Shown here piece by piece: positions 28,804 to 38,105 of a stretch of 64,000 bases of DNA. Origin of the DNA: Spirochaetota bacterium (GTDB lineage: Bacteria; Spirochaetota; UBA4802; UB4802); assembly GCA_026414805.1 (NCBI GenBank), contig JAOAIH010000003.1:26314-90313 (forward strand), read 5' to 3'. Under the pieces are notes generated by a model. It worked only from the letters and a program-made list of their open reading frames with translations, had not been told where the DNA came from and did not search any database. The position numbers and the translations under genes are program-made. Every line of letters begins with the position of its first letter. Position 1 is the stretch's first letter.

Positions 28804-30051
28804 TTACACAATCAAATTTTCCCCTACTAATTTTGTAAACGATTCAATTGTTACATTCATTCCATAACCTGTACATATTGTAGATAGTTGAAGATGACAA
28901 TTTTCACAGGCAGTAATAACCATTTCTGCTCCTGATTTTTCAATTTGCTCTTTCTTTGGTTTGCCACTTTTGATTCTGAATTCCTCATTATCAAGGGCAA
29001 CCAGTCCACCACCTCCTCCACAGCACCAATTATATTCGCGTGTTGGGTTCATCTCGCGGTAATCTTTTGCTAGCATCTTCACTATTTCACGAGGTTGATC
29101 GTATATTCCACCATTGCGTCCTAACTGACATGGATCATGCCATGTCACTGGTTTGCTGATTACATCTTCTTTTACTTTTATTTTGCCCTCTTTTATATAA
29201 CGGTAAATTACTTCCACAATGCTTGAAACTTTAAATGGCAATGGTCCCATTAAAAACTTAGGTATTCTGTATGCGGTGCCACATTCAACAATAACTATCT
29301 CCTTAACTCCTAATTCCTTTGCTTCATTGATAACTCTATTGGCAATAAAATTTGCTTTTTCACTGTCACCTACAAAAAAACCAAAGTTAACTGCTTCAAA
29401 GTAGCTTAATGTCCAGTCCTCTTTGGCAGCATTAAATATTGCAGCAGGATACACAATTGAGTGGGCACCTGAAAGCCCTACATAAAGAATATTTGCACCT
29501 TTCTTTTCCATTGGAATAAGGCCTTCGCTAATTGGTGCTTTAATCAGTTTTTGCACTTCTTTTTCAAGGTCTTTGATAACACTCTTGTAACCCTCCTTGA
29601 ACATATCAACGCTTTTACCTTTTTCTACAGCACCATCTGCAAGCATAACCAACTCTTCAGGTGCATTGCCATAGGCTACCAACAATTCTTTTGCAATTCC
29701 TAAGATATATGGCATGTCAATACCAAATGGGCAGAATACTGTACAGCGCCTGCAACCAGTACATGAAAATGCAGCTTCTTTAAGCTCTTCCATAAGGTTT
29801 TCATCAAATTCTTTTGCATCACCCCACCAGGGCAAAAATTTTCCAGTAGGTCTGAAGTATTTTCTGAATACCTTTCGTACTACTTCAGCCCTCCCTACAG
29901 GGGAATATTCTTTTTTAGGAATGCCCTGATATACGTGGCATGTATCATAACATAGGCCGCAGCGAGTGCAGAGATCTAAATAATACAACATGGGCCTGTT
30001 CAACTTCTTTTCAATAACCTGTGTAAGTTCTTGTACTTTTTCCTTATCCAT
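28804..30051 (-). CDS. HdrD/DsrK/HmcF-family Fe-S protein (two 4Fe-4S plus CCG domain)
   Basis: CTRCGLCYDTC, CTGCRRCTVFCP, ECGTAY, HDPCQLGR, CCGGGGG, TACENC. Confidence 0.85.
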   Translation of the reverse strand: MDKEKVQELTQVIEKKLNRPMLYYLDLCTRCGLCYDTCHVYQGIPKKEYSPVGRAEVVRKVFRKYFRPTGKFLPWWGDAKEFDENLMEELKEAAFSCTGCRRCTVFCPFGIDMPYILGIAKELLVAYGNAPEELVMLADGAVEKGKSVDMFKEGYKSVIKDLEKEVQKLIKAPISEGLIPMEKKGANILYVGLSGAHSIVYPAAIFNAAKEDWTLSYFEAVNFGFFVGDSEKANFIANRVINEAKELGVKEIVIVECGTAYRIPKFLMGPLPFKVSSIVEVIYRYIKEGKIKVKEDVISKPVTWHDPCQLGRNGGIYDQPREIVKMLAKDYREMNPTREYNWCCGGGGGLVALDNEEFRIKSGKPKKEQIEKSGAEMVITACENCHLQLSTICTGYGMNVTIESFTKLVGENLIV

Positions 30052-30053
30052 GG

Positions 30054-30776
30054 CTACTTCCTTTTACGATAATGTGCTAGAAATGTAAATACCGAATGTA
30101 CCATTTTGCTGAATGGAAACATCATGAGGAAAATATTTGCAAAAAGTACATGAAGAACCAAAATAGTAAAGTGCGATAGCTCTGTAATCTTGTACGATAG
30201 CTCCGGTTTCAGCATTATCATGCTTTGCAGCCATTGCCGGTAATCGTTCACATCAACCTTAAGTACTGCACCCCAATCGCTATATCGTTCAGCCAGATGA
30301 AGTATTGATCCAAACAATATACAGAAGAAAAGTACGAGCAGTATCACGAAATCTTCAGGAATAGAGATTTCACGATAAGGAGTTCCAAACCTCCTGAAAA
30401 GAAAATATAATGTTGTAATCATAAGAACTATGCCGACAACACCGCCCCCTAAAAATATTTTATGTGGAATTATTTGAATAAAGGCAAAGTCACCTATAAG
30501 TTCCAGATGCCCTAAAAATAATAACAAAAAGAAAAAATGAAATAGTATTATAACAAACCAAAATGATTTTTGCTTATTATAAGCGTTAGGAACTATGAGT
30601 GCTTCGTATAATAATCCAAATACCTTTGAACCTTTTTTAGGAAAAATAGCTCCTGTACCAGGGGGCGCAGGAGCTTTGAATATAACATACAGTTTATATA
30701 AAAGCCCTAAAATCAAGGTTGCAAAGGCAATATATACCATCGGCACTAAAATAAAATATGATATATAGCCCAGCAT
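30054..30776 (-). CDS. NarI/DsrM/HdrE-family diheme-b membrane subunit
   Basis: About 5 TM segments; conserved His in LFHFF..GHL and LHVLF..FPFSKMVH. Confidence 0.8.
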   Translation of the reverse strand: MLGYISYFILVPMVYIAFATLILGLLYKLYVIFKAPAPPGTGAIFPKKGSKVFGLLYEALIVPNAYNKQKSFWFVIILFHFFFLLLFLGHLELIGDFAFIQIIPHKIFLGGGVVGIVLMITTLYFLFRRFGTPYREISIPEDFVILLVLFFCILFGSILHLAERYSDWGAVLKVDVNDYRQWLQSMIMLKPELSYKITELSHFTILVLHVLFANIFLMMFPFSKMVHSVFTFLAHYRKRK

Positions 30777-30799
30777 TGTTTACCTCTTTTAGATGTTAT

Positions 30800-31039
30800 T
30801 TATTTAAGCTTTTTAATATAGAACTTTGTTACGTTGCCATCCTTAACTGTATCAAGAATTTCATTTCCACTTGTTTTGGCCCATGCAGGAAAGTCAGCCA
30901 GTGCTCCAGGGTCAGTAGTTTCTGCCATAAGAATTTGGCCTACCTGCATTTTTTTAATTTGCTGTGAAACTTTAACAACTGGTAAAGGGCATGCCAACCC
31001 TTTTAAATCCATTGTTACATCTGGTTTAATGTCGCTCAT
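30800..31039 (-). CDS. tusA: TusA-family sulfur carrier
   Basis: DLKGLACPLP (CPxP), TTDPGALADFPAWA. Confidence 0.9.
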   Translation of the reverse strand: MSDIKPDVTMDLKGLACPLPVVKVSQQIKKMQVGQILMAETTDPGALADFPAWAKTSGNEILDTVKDGNVTKFYIKKLK

Positions 31040-31144
31040 TGCTACACTCCTTAATTTAAAAAAATATTAATATTCCATTATCATATATTATTTTAAATTA
31101 TATATTGCACACGTGTGAAATACAAGAAGAAAACCACAAATAAA

Positions 31145-31702
31145 TTATATGAATAACTGAATCTTACTGTCTGAAGCTTCCTGTAAAAATGTTGCAACAC
31201 CAACTGATTTAATATCAGGATAGTCAATCATCTCCTCCATTTTAAGGCCCATCAAATCCATTGACATTTCGCATACATAAATTTTTACACCCAGTTCTGC
31301 AGCAAGTGCTATCATCCCATCAAGGTTCTGAATATTCTTTTTTTTCATTATATGTTTCATCATTGCTGTTCCCAAACCACCCATATTCATTTTTGAAAGT
31401 TTTACCCGTGAAGCACCTTTTGGGAGCATAAAGCTGAACATTTTGCCAAAGAAGTTTTTCCCTTTACCTTTTTTCTTCTTATCTCGTAATGCAGGTGTTG
31501 CCCAGAACGTGAAAAACATAACAGCTTCCATGCCCATTGCAACAGACCCTGTTGCAATAATAAATGCGGCTAAAAGTTTGTCTAAATCACCACTGAAAAC
31601 AACCATTGCAATCTTATCTTTTCGACCATCTTGAATCTCTTTGATCTGGTTCTGAATGGATTCTAGCATTTTAATAACAGGTTTACTTTTTACAATAACC
31701 AT
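31145..31702 (-). CDS. DsrE2-like (DsrE/DrsH family) sulfurtransferase
   Basis: VFSGDLDK, FFTFW, YVCEMSMDLMG, VGVATFL. Confidence 0.85.
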   Translation of the reverse strand: MVIVKSKPVIKMLESIQNQIKEIQDGRKDKIAMVVFSGDLDKLLAAFIIATGSVAMGMEAVMFFTFWATPALRDKKKKGKGKNFFGKMFSFMLPKGASRVKLSKMNMGGLGTAMMKHIMKKKNIQNLDGMIALAAELGVKIYVCEMSMDLMGLKMEEMIDYPDIKSVGVATFLQEASDSKIQLFI

Positions 31703-32040
31703 GGTGGCACCCTCATGTATAAAATTATATATCTATTAAAGAATATAATAAATTAATACAACACTAAAACTATTATATACCACTTTCAAAAAATAATTAC
31801 AATAAAATAGAATATTTGTTAAAATAATAAACTATTTGAATTGTTAAGTCAAACTATTTATATATTTTTTTTATTAATAATCCCCCATAGAAATTTTTTT
31901 ATATTCAATATGTATTGTGAGCATGACTGGTGGAGGACCGATAAAGTATAACTTCTTTAACAAAATATATAAACAAAAAAATAGTATATGCAATAATAAA
32001 AAAATGTTAAAAAATATATAAAAAATTTAAAAAAAATAAA

Positions 32041-32070
32041 TTGACAGGCTATAATAGAAATAAATATAAT
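32041..32070 (+). promoter_or_regulatory. Sigma-70-type promoter for the psrABC operon
   Basis: TTGACA-N18-TATAAT, 60 nt upstream of the start codon. Confidence 0.65.
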
Positions 32071-32129
32071 TCTAAAATAGTAAAATTATAAATGTAGATG
32101 TAATACTATCTTCTGCAGGAGAATGTGTA

Positions 32130-34334
32130 ATGTTAGGAAAAATTAGTAGAAGAGAATTTATTAAGATAGCAGGGGCTGGGGTTGGCACTCTGGCGGTTGG
32201 CGGAGGCCTTTATAAATTAGTACAAGATGTAATTACGGATAAAAATGCCAATGGACCAGTAGTAAAAACACCTACATATTGTGAAATGTGTACCTACCAG
32301 TGCGCAGGATGGGTTTATAAAAAAGGTGACATGCCATGGAAAATAGTAGGCAATGAGCTTGATGAGCATTGTTATGGCAGAATGTGCACAAAAGGGTTAT
32401 CAGGTCTTGGTGCTTATTTAGATCCCAACAGGCTAAGAACACCTCTAATTAGGAAGAAAGAAAGAGGAAAACAGGTTTTCAAAGAAGCAACATGGGATGA
32501 AGCTTTTACCTATATTGCTGATAAAATGGAATACTTAAAGCAAAAGTACGGTCCTGAGAGCGTTGCATTGTTCAGTCATGGTTCTGGTGGTCATTGGTTT
32601 AAAATGCTTTTAAAAGCTTATGGTACAAATAGTTTTGCTGCTCCATCCTATGCCAACTGTCGTGGTCCTCGCGAAGAAGGATATGTGCTTACGTATGGTG
32701 AACCAATTGATACCCCTGAGCGCACAGATATGAAAAACACGAAATGCTTGGTTCTTATTGGTTCACACATTGGTGAAAATACTCATAGCCAGCAGGTCAT
32801 TGAATTTTCTCAGGCAGTGGCCAATGGAGCAAGTATCATTGTAGTTGATCCACGGTTTTCAGTTGCAGCTAGTAAGGCAAAATACTGGTTACCAATTAAA
32901 CCAGGTACTGATATTGCACTATTATTGGCGTGGATACATGTATTGATCTATGATGAATTATTTGATAAGCAATATGTATACAATAATACTTCTGGATTTG
33001 AGCAATTAAAGCAATCGGTAAAAAATACCACACCTGAATGGGCGTACCCTATTACATCAATTCAGCCTGAATTGATACGTGAAACAGCAAAAGAAATGGC
33101 AAAATACTCCCCTGCAACGATTGTTCATCCGGGAAGGCATAATGTATGGTATGGTGATGATACGCAAAGAGTAAGAGCAGGAGCAATATTGAATGCTCTA
33201 CTTGGTAGTTGGGGCAGGAAAGGCGGATTTTTCTATCCAGAAAAAGTAGATTTGCCTGAATATCCAACTCCTCCGTTCCCTCATCCTAAGAAATCATTTA
33301 AAGATGCTGTGAATAATAAATATGAACTGGCTAATTTGATTGTTTCATCAGGTATTTGTGATGCAACCATTCATAATGTGATGAATGGGAGCTCATTTTA
33401 TGAAGGTTGGTTCATATATGGTTCAAATCTATTGAAAGCCCTACCACAACAGGAAAAAACCATTAAAGCATTGCAGGATCTTGAATTGGTTGTAGTTGTG
33501 GATATTTTACCAACAGAAATAACTGGTTGGGCAGATGTTGTACTTCCTGATACTACGTATTTAGAGCGATATGATGACATAAGAACCTCACAGGGCAGAA
33601 CACCTCAAATAGCTTTGCGTATGCCTGCATTTAATCCAAGGTATAATTCAAAGCCAGCATGGTGGATTGCCAAAAACCTTGCCGAAAAGATGGGTCTGGG
33701 GGATTATTTCCCGTGGAAAACAATTGAAGAGTATCTTGATTATAAATTAAAAGCTGTTGGAACCTCACTTGATGAAATGAAACAGGTTGGCGTTAAAAAT
33801 TTCGATCGACAAACACCACTGTATATAACAGGTGCACAATTACCACGATTAGATACCCCCAGTGGTAAAATTGAATTGTATTCATCAACATTGGCAAGTT
33901 ATGGATTTGACCCAATTCCCGTTTATACAAAACATGAAGAGCCACCTAAAGGATATTACAGGTTACTGTATGGACGTTCTCCTTTCCACTCATTTGCACG
34001 GACTATAAATAATCCTGTTCTAACGCAATTGCAGGATGAAAATACAGTATGGGTACATCCTACTGTTGCTTTGGATTGGAATTTGAAGAATGATCAGTAT
34101 GTAAGATTGGAAAATCAGGATGGTGTTGTAAGTAATAAGATTAGGGTTAAGGTAACAGAAAGGATACGACCTGATTGTGTGTACATGGTTCATGGATTTG
34201 GGAGTAAGCAGAAGCAGTTGAAGCGTGCGTATAAAAAAGGTGCTGATGACCAGCAACTCATAACAAAAGTAAGTGTTGATCCTATTATGGGTGGTCAGGC
34301 AATGCATGGTAATTTTGTTACCTTTAAAGTTTAG
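32130..34334 (+). CDS. Polysulfide/thiosulfate reductase catalytic subunit (PsrA/PhsA-like)
   Basis: Tat motif SRREFIK, CEMCTYQC...C, probable Mo-ligand Cys in ANCRGPR, DLPxTxYLERYD-type MGD motif. Confidence 0.85.
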   Translation: MLGKISRREFIKIAGAGVGTLAVGGGLYKLVQDVITDKNANGPVVKTPTYCEMCTYQCAGWVYKKGDMPWKIVGNELDEHCYGRMCTKGLSGLGAYLDPNRLRTPLIRKKERGKQVFKEATWDEAFTYIADKMEYLKQKYGPESVALFSHGSGGHWFKMLLKAYGTNSFAAPSYANCRGPREEGYVLTYGEPIDTPERTDMKNTKCLVLIGSHIGENTHSQQVIEFSQAVANGASIIVVDPRFSVAASKAKYWLPIKPGTDIALLLAWIHVLIYDELFDKQYVYNNTSGFEQLKQSVKNTTPEWAYPITSIQPELIRETAKEMAKYSPATIVHPGRHNVWYGDDTQRVRAGAILNALLGSWGRKGGFFYPEKVDLPEYPTPPFPHPKKSFKDAVNNKYELANLIVSSGICDATIHNVMNGSSFYEGWFIYGSNLLKALPQQEKTIKALQDLELVVVVDILPTEITGWADVVLPDTTYLERYDDIRTSQGRTPQIALRMPAFNPRYNSKPAWWIAKNLAEKMGLGDYFPWKTIEEYLDYKLKAVGTSLDEMKQVGVKNFDRQTPLYITGAQLPRLDTPSGKIELYSSTLASYGFDPIPVYTKHEEPPKGYYRLLYGRSPFHSFARTINNPVLTQLQDENTVWVHPTVALDWNLKNDQYVRLENQDGVVSNKIRVKVTERIRPDCVYMVHGFGSKQKQLKRAYKKGADDQQLITKVSVDPIMGGQAMHGNFVTFKV

Positions 34335-34377
34335 TGTAATTACGAAAGCACATATCAAATGATGTAAAGAGGTCAAC

Positions 34378-34929
34378 ATGGCAAATAAGACTAAAAAGTA
34401 TGTAATGGTTATAGATACGCGTTTATGTGTTGGTTGTGGAGCATGTGTAGCAGCATGTAAAATGGAAAATCAGGTTCCTGAAGGCTTGCATAGGGATTGG
34501 ATTGTGGAACAGGTAACTGGAACTTATCCTAATCTTTCTATGGAAATTCGTTCAGAACGTTGTAATCACTGTTCCAATGCTCCATGTATTACTTCATGTC
34601 CAACAGGTGCAAGTCATCGTAAAGAAGGAACAAATATTGTTGTAGTAACAGCTAATAAATGCACTGGTTGCAAAGCATGTATGGCTTCATGCCCATACAA
34701 TGCTCGCTTTGTAATGCCAGATGGGTATGTAAGTAAATGTACTTTCTGTGAACATAGATTAGAAGAGGGTTTAGAACCCGCTTGTGCTTCAGCGTGTCCA
34801 ACACATGCCATTACGTTTGGCAATTTGAATGACACAATGAACAAGGTTTCAAAATTATTAAAAACCAGAAAGTATAAAACCATTATTCCCGAGGCCGGGA
34901 CTGATCCAAATATATTCTATTTATTATAA
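34378..34929 (+). CDS. PsrB/PhsB/NrfC-like 4Fe-4S subunit
   Basis: CVGCGACVAAC, CNHC..PCITSCP, CTGCKACMASCPY, KCTFC..PACASACP. Confidence 0.9.
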   Translation: MANKTKKYVMVIDTRLCVGCGACVAACKMENQVPEGLHRDWIVEQVTGTYPNLSMEIRSERCNHCSNAPCITSCPTGASHRKEGTNIVVVTANKCTGCKACMASCPYNARFVMPDGYVSKCTFCEHRLEEGLEPACASACPTHAITFGNLNDTMNKVSKLLKTRKYKTIIPEAGTDPNIFYLL

Positions 34930-34954
34930 CAAATAATGAAATTAAAAGAATAGC

Positions 34955-35947
34955 ATGAGGTTGCTTATGAATGAAATAGTACTAACAACAAAAAAAGCGA
35001 TTGAGGCAGGCCATTCAATGAGTATTTGGAAATGGGAAGTGCCAATGTATCTTTTCCTTGGTGGCCTCACAGCAGGAATTCTCCTTATTGCTGCTTTTAT
35101 GATTTTGAAAGATAAACCAAAGAAATATCCATTTTCAACTAATAAATTAATTTTGCTGGCACCAATTATTTTAAGTGTTGGTATGTTATTTCTTTTCTTA
35201 GATCTTGACCATAAGTTGTATGTATGGCGATTTTATACTGCATTCCGAATCACATCGGTTATGTCATGGGGTGCATGGATATTGATGCTTGTATATCCTT
35301 TAAGTATTGGGTTAATATTGGCAACTGTCAAGAAAGGTTATGCTGAGTATTACGATAGATTTAATAAATGGCTGAAGAATTCCAAATACAATAAACTATC
35401 GCCAATTATTGATAAATTAATTGTCCTTGCTGAAAAGTACAAAAAGCCTCTGGCTATAGCAACAATACCAGTAGGTATTTTACTTGGTATATATACAGGA
35501 ATTTTATTAAGTGCGTTTTCAGCACGGCCATTCTGGAATTCAGAACTTCTTGGATTTTTATTTTTAGTTTCGGGATTATCTACTGGAGCTGCACTGGTTA
35601 TTTTACTAGCAAAAGATCATGAGGAAAGGAAATTCATCACAAAACTTGATATTGGGTTTATTGCAGTAGAGGCAATATTACTTGTACTGTATATTTTTGG
35701 TATGCTGTCTTCGTCTTTACAGCATATTGATGCAATAAAGTTAATTTTGGGTGGCGAATTGACGCCTATATTTTGGTCTTTTGTGTTTGTTATAGGAATG
35801 CTGATTCCTTTAACACTTGAGCTTCTTGAACTGAAAGGTAAGCCTATACCTTCATCCATTGCTGCATCATTGGTGCTTGCTGGTGGGTTGGCTTTACGAT
35901 TTATTTTTGTTGCAGCTGGCCAGATTACAAACTGGCTACCATATTAA
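34955..35947 (+). CDS. PsrC/NrfD membrane anchor
   Basis: WEVPMYLFLGGL, LDL, SVMSWGAW, YTGILL..RPFWN, SGLSTG. Confidence 0.9.
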   Translation: MRLLMNEIVLTTKKAIEAGHSMSIWKWEVPMYLFLGGLTAGILLIAAFMILKDKPKKYPFSTNKLILLAPIILSVGMLFLFLDLDHKLYVWRFYTAFRITSVMSWGAWILMLVYPLSIGLILATVKKGYAEYYDRFNKWLKNSKYNKLSPIIDKLIVLAEKYKKPLAIATIPVGILLGIYTGILLSAFSARPFWNSELLGFLFLVSGLSTGAALVILLAKDHEERKFITKLDIGFIAVEAILLVLYIFGMLSSSLQHIDAIKLILGGELTPIFWSFVFVIGMLIPLTLELLELKGKPIPSSIAASLVLAGGLALRFIFVAAGQITNWLPY

Positions 35948-35978
35948 ATTATTTATGATTTTAAGGGGGAATTATTGT

Positions 35979-36491
35979 ATGGAAAAGAAACCTTATGCAT
36001 CACCGTACATCGCTGGAGTAGGGTTGGGTTTAGTGTTATTAGCAGCCTTTTTCTTTACAGGCCATGGCCTAGGAGCTTCAGGTGCAATTACTCGGACTAT
36101 AGTTGCTGTTGAAAAAGTTATTTCCCAGGAACATGTTGATGCTAATCCATATCATGCTGAGTATGGTGGTGGCAATACAAATCCGCTCAATAATTGGCTG
36201 GTATTTCAGTTATTGGGTGTAATAGTTGGTGGTATGCTTTCTGGAATTCTTGCAGGAAGATTTAGAAAAGAAATTAACCATGGCCCGCAAATTACGCCTA
36301 AACAGAGATGGGTATATGCAGTAATTGGTGGCGCTCTTTTTGGTTTTGGTGCAAAATTTGCACGAGGATGTACCAGTGGCTTTATTTTAACTGGTGGGGC
36401 TGGTATGGCGCTTGGCGCATGGGTAGGCATGATGGTGATGTTTGCAGTTGCATATATTACTGCATATTTTGTTAGAAAACTTTGGATATAA
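35979..36491 (+). CDS. YeeE/YedE-family sulfur transporter half
   Basis: PYIAGVGLG, GLGASG, FARGCTSG; start moved to the ATG at 35979 after AAGGGGG. Confidence 0.8.
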   Translation: MEKKPYASPYIAGVGLGLVLLAAFFFTGHGLGASGAITRTIVAVEKVISQEHVDANPYHAEYGGGNTNPLNNWLVFQLLGVIVGGMLSGILAGRFRKEINHGPQITPKQRWVYAVIGGALFGFGAKFARGCTSGFILTGGAGMALGAWVGMMVMFAVAYITAYFVRKLWI

Positions 36492-36502
36492 GAGGTGGTT
36501 AT

Positions 36503-37108
36503 ATGTTTGCACCATTATCAGTATATTTTAACTGGAGCAATGGTATAGATTTACTAGTATCTTTTATCATCGGTATTGGGTTTGGTTTTGCATTGGAACA
36601 GGGTGGATTTGGTAATTCAAGGAAGCTGGCAATGCAGTTTTATTTTAGGGATTTGACAGTATTAAAAGTCATGTTTTCTGCTATGGTTACAGCAATGGCA
36701 GGAATAGTGTTTTTTACTGCATTTGGTTGGCTTGATACCAATAGTATGTTCGTTCCTCAAACATATATCTGGGCCCAGATATTAGGCTGTGCCATAATGG
36801 GTGTGGGTTTTGCTATTGGTGGCTATTGCCCGGGAACTAGTTTTGTTGGTCTTTCCACTCTTAAGATAGATGCGCTTTTCTTTATTATTGGTCTTTTTAT
36901 AGGTGTGTTTATTTTTGGTGAACTATTCCCCATTTTAGAAGAATTGTACCATGGCAAATATAGTGGGAATATGGGAAGAATAACTCTGTATGAATTTTTA
37001 GGTGTACGGCCTGGTGTTATTGCCGCAATAATTTTAATCATGGCTATTGGCGCCTTTTGGGGGGCCGAAAAGCTTGAAGAAAAATTTGGTAACCAGATTA
37101 TACAGTAA
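36503..37108 (+). CDS. YeeE/YedE-family sulfur transporter half
   Basis: GFGFALEQGGF, FRDLTVLKVMF, GGYCPGT; start moved to the ATG at 36503 after GAGGTG. Confidence 0.85.
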   Translation: MFAPLSVYFNWSNGIDLLVSFIIGIGFGFALEQGGFGNSRKLAMQFYFRDLTVLKVMFSAMVTAMAGIVFFTAFGWLDTNSMFVPQTYIWAQILGCAIMGVGFAIGGYCPGTSFVGLSTLKIDALFFIIGLFIGVFIFGELFPILEELYHGKYSGNMGRITLYEFLGVRPGVIAAIILIMAIGAFWGAEKLEEKFGNQIIQ

Positions 37109-37120
37109 GGAGTGTACTTT

Positions 37121-37747
37121 ATGAAACTGGAAAACAAGCAAATAGCTGTCTATACGGCTATTATTTTGGCGATAATTATGCTTTTTTTACCTGGCCAGGA
37201 CCCTACCAAGGTACATATTGATTTACAGGCTATGGCCCAGATGATAGGGAATAAGGAAGACCATGTTACGCCAGGTGAATTATCACAGTGGATAATAGCA
37301 GGCAATAATGACTTTCAACTGATAGATATACGAACTAAAGAAGAATATGAAAAAGGGCATATTGAAGGAGCGATAAACATCCCGCTTCAAAATCTATTAA
37401 ATAGAAATGTAATAATGGATGAGCTCAATCATGATAAAAAGATTGTGCTCTATTCCAATGGAAGCTCACATGCATCTCAGGCATGGGTAGTATTAAAGGG
37501 GTTAGGCTTTGACTGTTATATCCTTGAAGGCGGATATAATGGCTGGAATGCTGTTGTACTTAATCCTACAGCTGGGTCAAATGCAACTGATGATGAAGTG
37601 TTGCTGTATGCTAAACAGAAAGCTGTTGCAGACTATTTTGGCGGAAGCAGTATTCAGCAGCAAAAACCAGCTGCAAGCGCAGCACCTGCTCCTGTAGTAC
37701 CACAAAAACCTCAAGGTGGCAAAAAGAAGAAAATGCAGGGATGTTAA
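37121..37747 (+). CDS. Membrane-anchored rhodanese-like protein with a C-terminal Cys tail
   Basis: N-terminal TM, LIDIR..EY..GHIEGAINIP, LEGGYNGW; active-site loop reads YSNGSS; ends KKKKMQGC. Confidence 0.8.
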   Translation: MKLENKQIAVYTAIILAIIMLFLPGQDPTKVHIDLQAMAQMIGNKEDHVTPGELSQWIIAGNNDFQLIDIRTKEEYEKGHIEGAINIPLQNLLNRNVIMDELNHDKKIVLYSNGSSHASQAWVVLKGLGFDCYILEGGYNGWNAVVLNPTAGSNATDDEVLLYAKQKAVADYFGGSSIQQQKPAASAAPAPVVPQKPQGGKKKKMQGC

Positions 37748-37776
37748 TAAACTAAATACTATAGTGAATGTATTAT

Positions 37777-37803
37777 AAAAGGGCTGCATCAATCAGCCCT
37801 TTT
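37777..37803 (+). terminator. Intrinsic terminator of the psr operon
   Basis: AAAAGGGCTG-CATCAAT-CAGCCCTTTT followed by further T residues. Confidence 0.8.
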
Positions 37804-37885
37804 GTTTTTATAATGTTGTTGCATAATTACAATTATTGTTATATACCATTGTAAAGATCAAAAATTAGATAAGAGTTGTTAGTAT

Positions 37886-38065
37886 ATGGTAAGTGATAAT
37901 TATACAACCACAGGTGAGGAAAGAATTTTTAAAAACCAAAAGGAAGCCCTTTTTGCCCTACAGATGTACATGAACCGCTTTATATGGATATCTACAAATG
38001 AGATAGTTTCTGGTGTAAGCTCATGCTACTATAATGACTTAAAAAGTGATAAGAAGAATCAATAA
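37886..38065 (+). CDS. Possible 59-aa small protein (below the ORF-track cutoff)
   Basis: ATG 37886 to TAA 38065: MVSDNYTTTGEERIFKNQKEALFALQMYMNRFIWISTNEIVSGVSSCYYNDLKSDKKNQ; only a weak AAGAG RBS. Confidence 0.3.
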   Translation: MVSDNYTTTGEERIFKNQKEALFALQMYMNRFIWISTNEIVSGVSSCYYNDLKSDKKNQ

Positions 38066-38105
38066 TGTATTAATCCATATCAATGTTAGTATAATTGTTT
38101 TTTTA

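Noticed and set aside
28767-28828. Inverted repeat AGTAGGGGGGAAAAT ... ATTTTCCCCTACT between convergent genes
   Set aside because: One arm is coding sequence, the stem is imperfect with a loop of about 35 nt, and it is at most a weak terminator.
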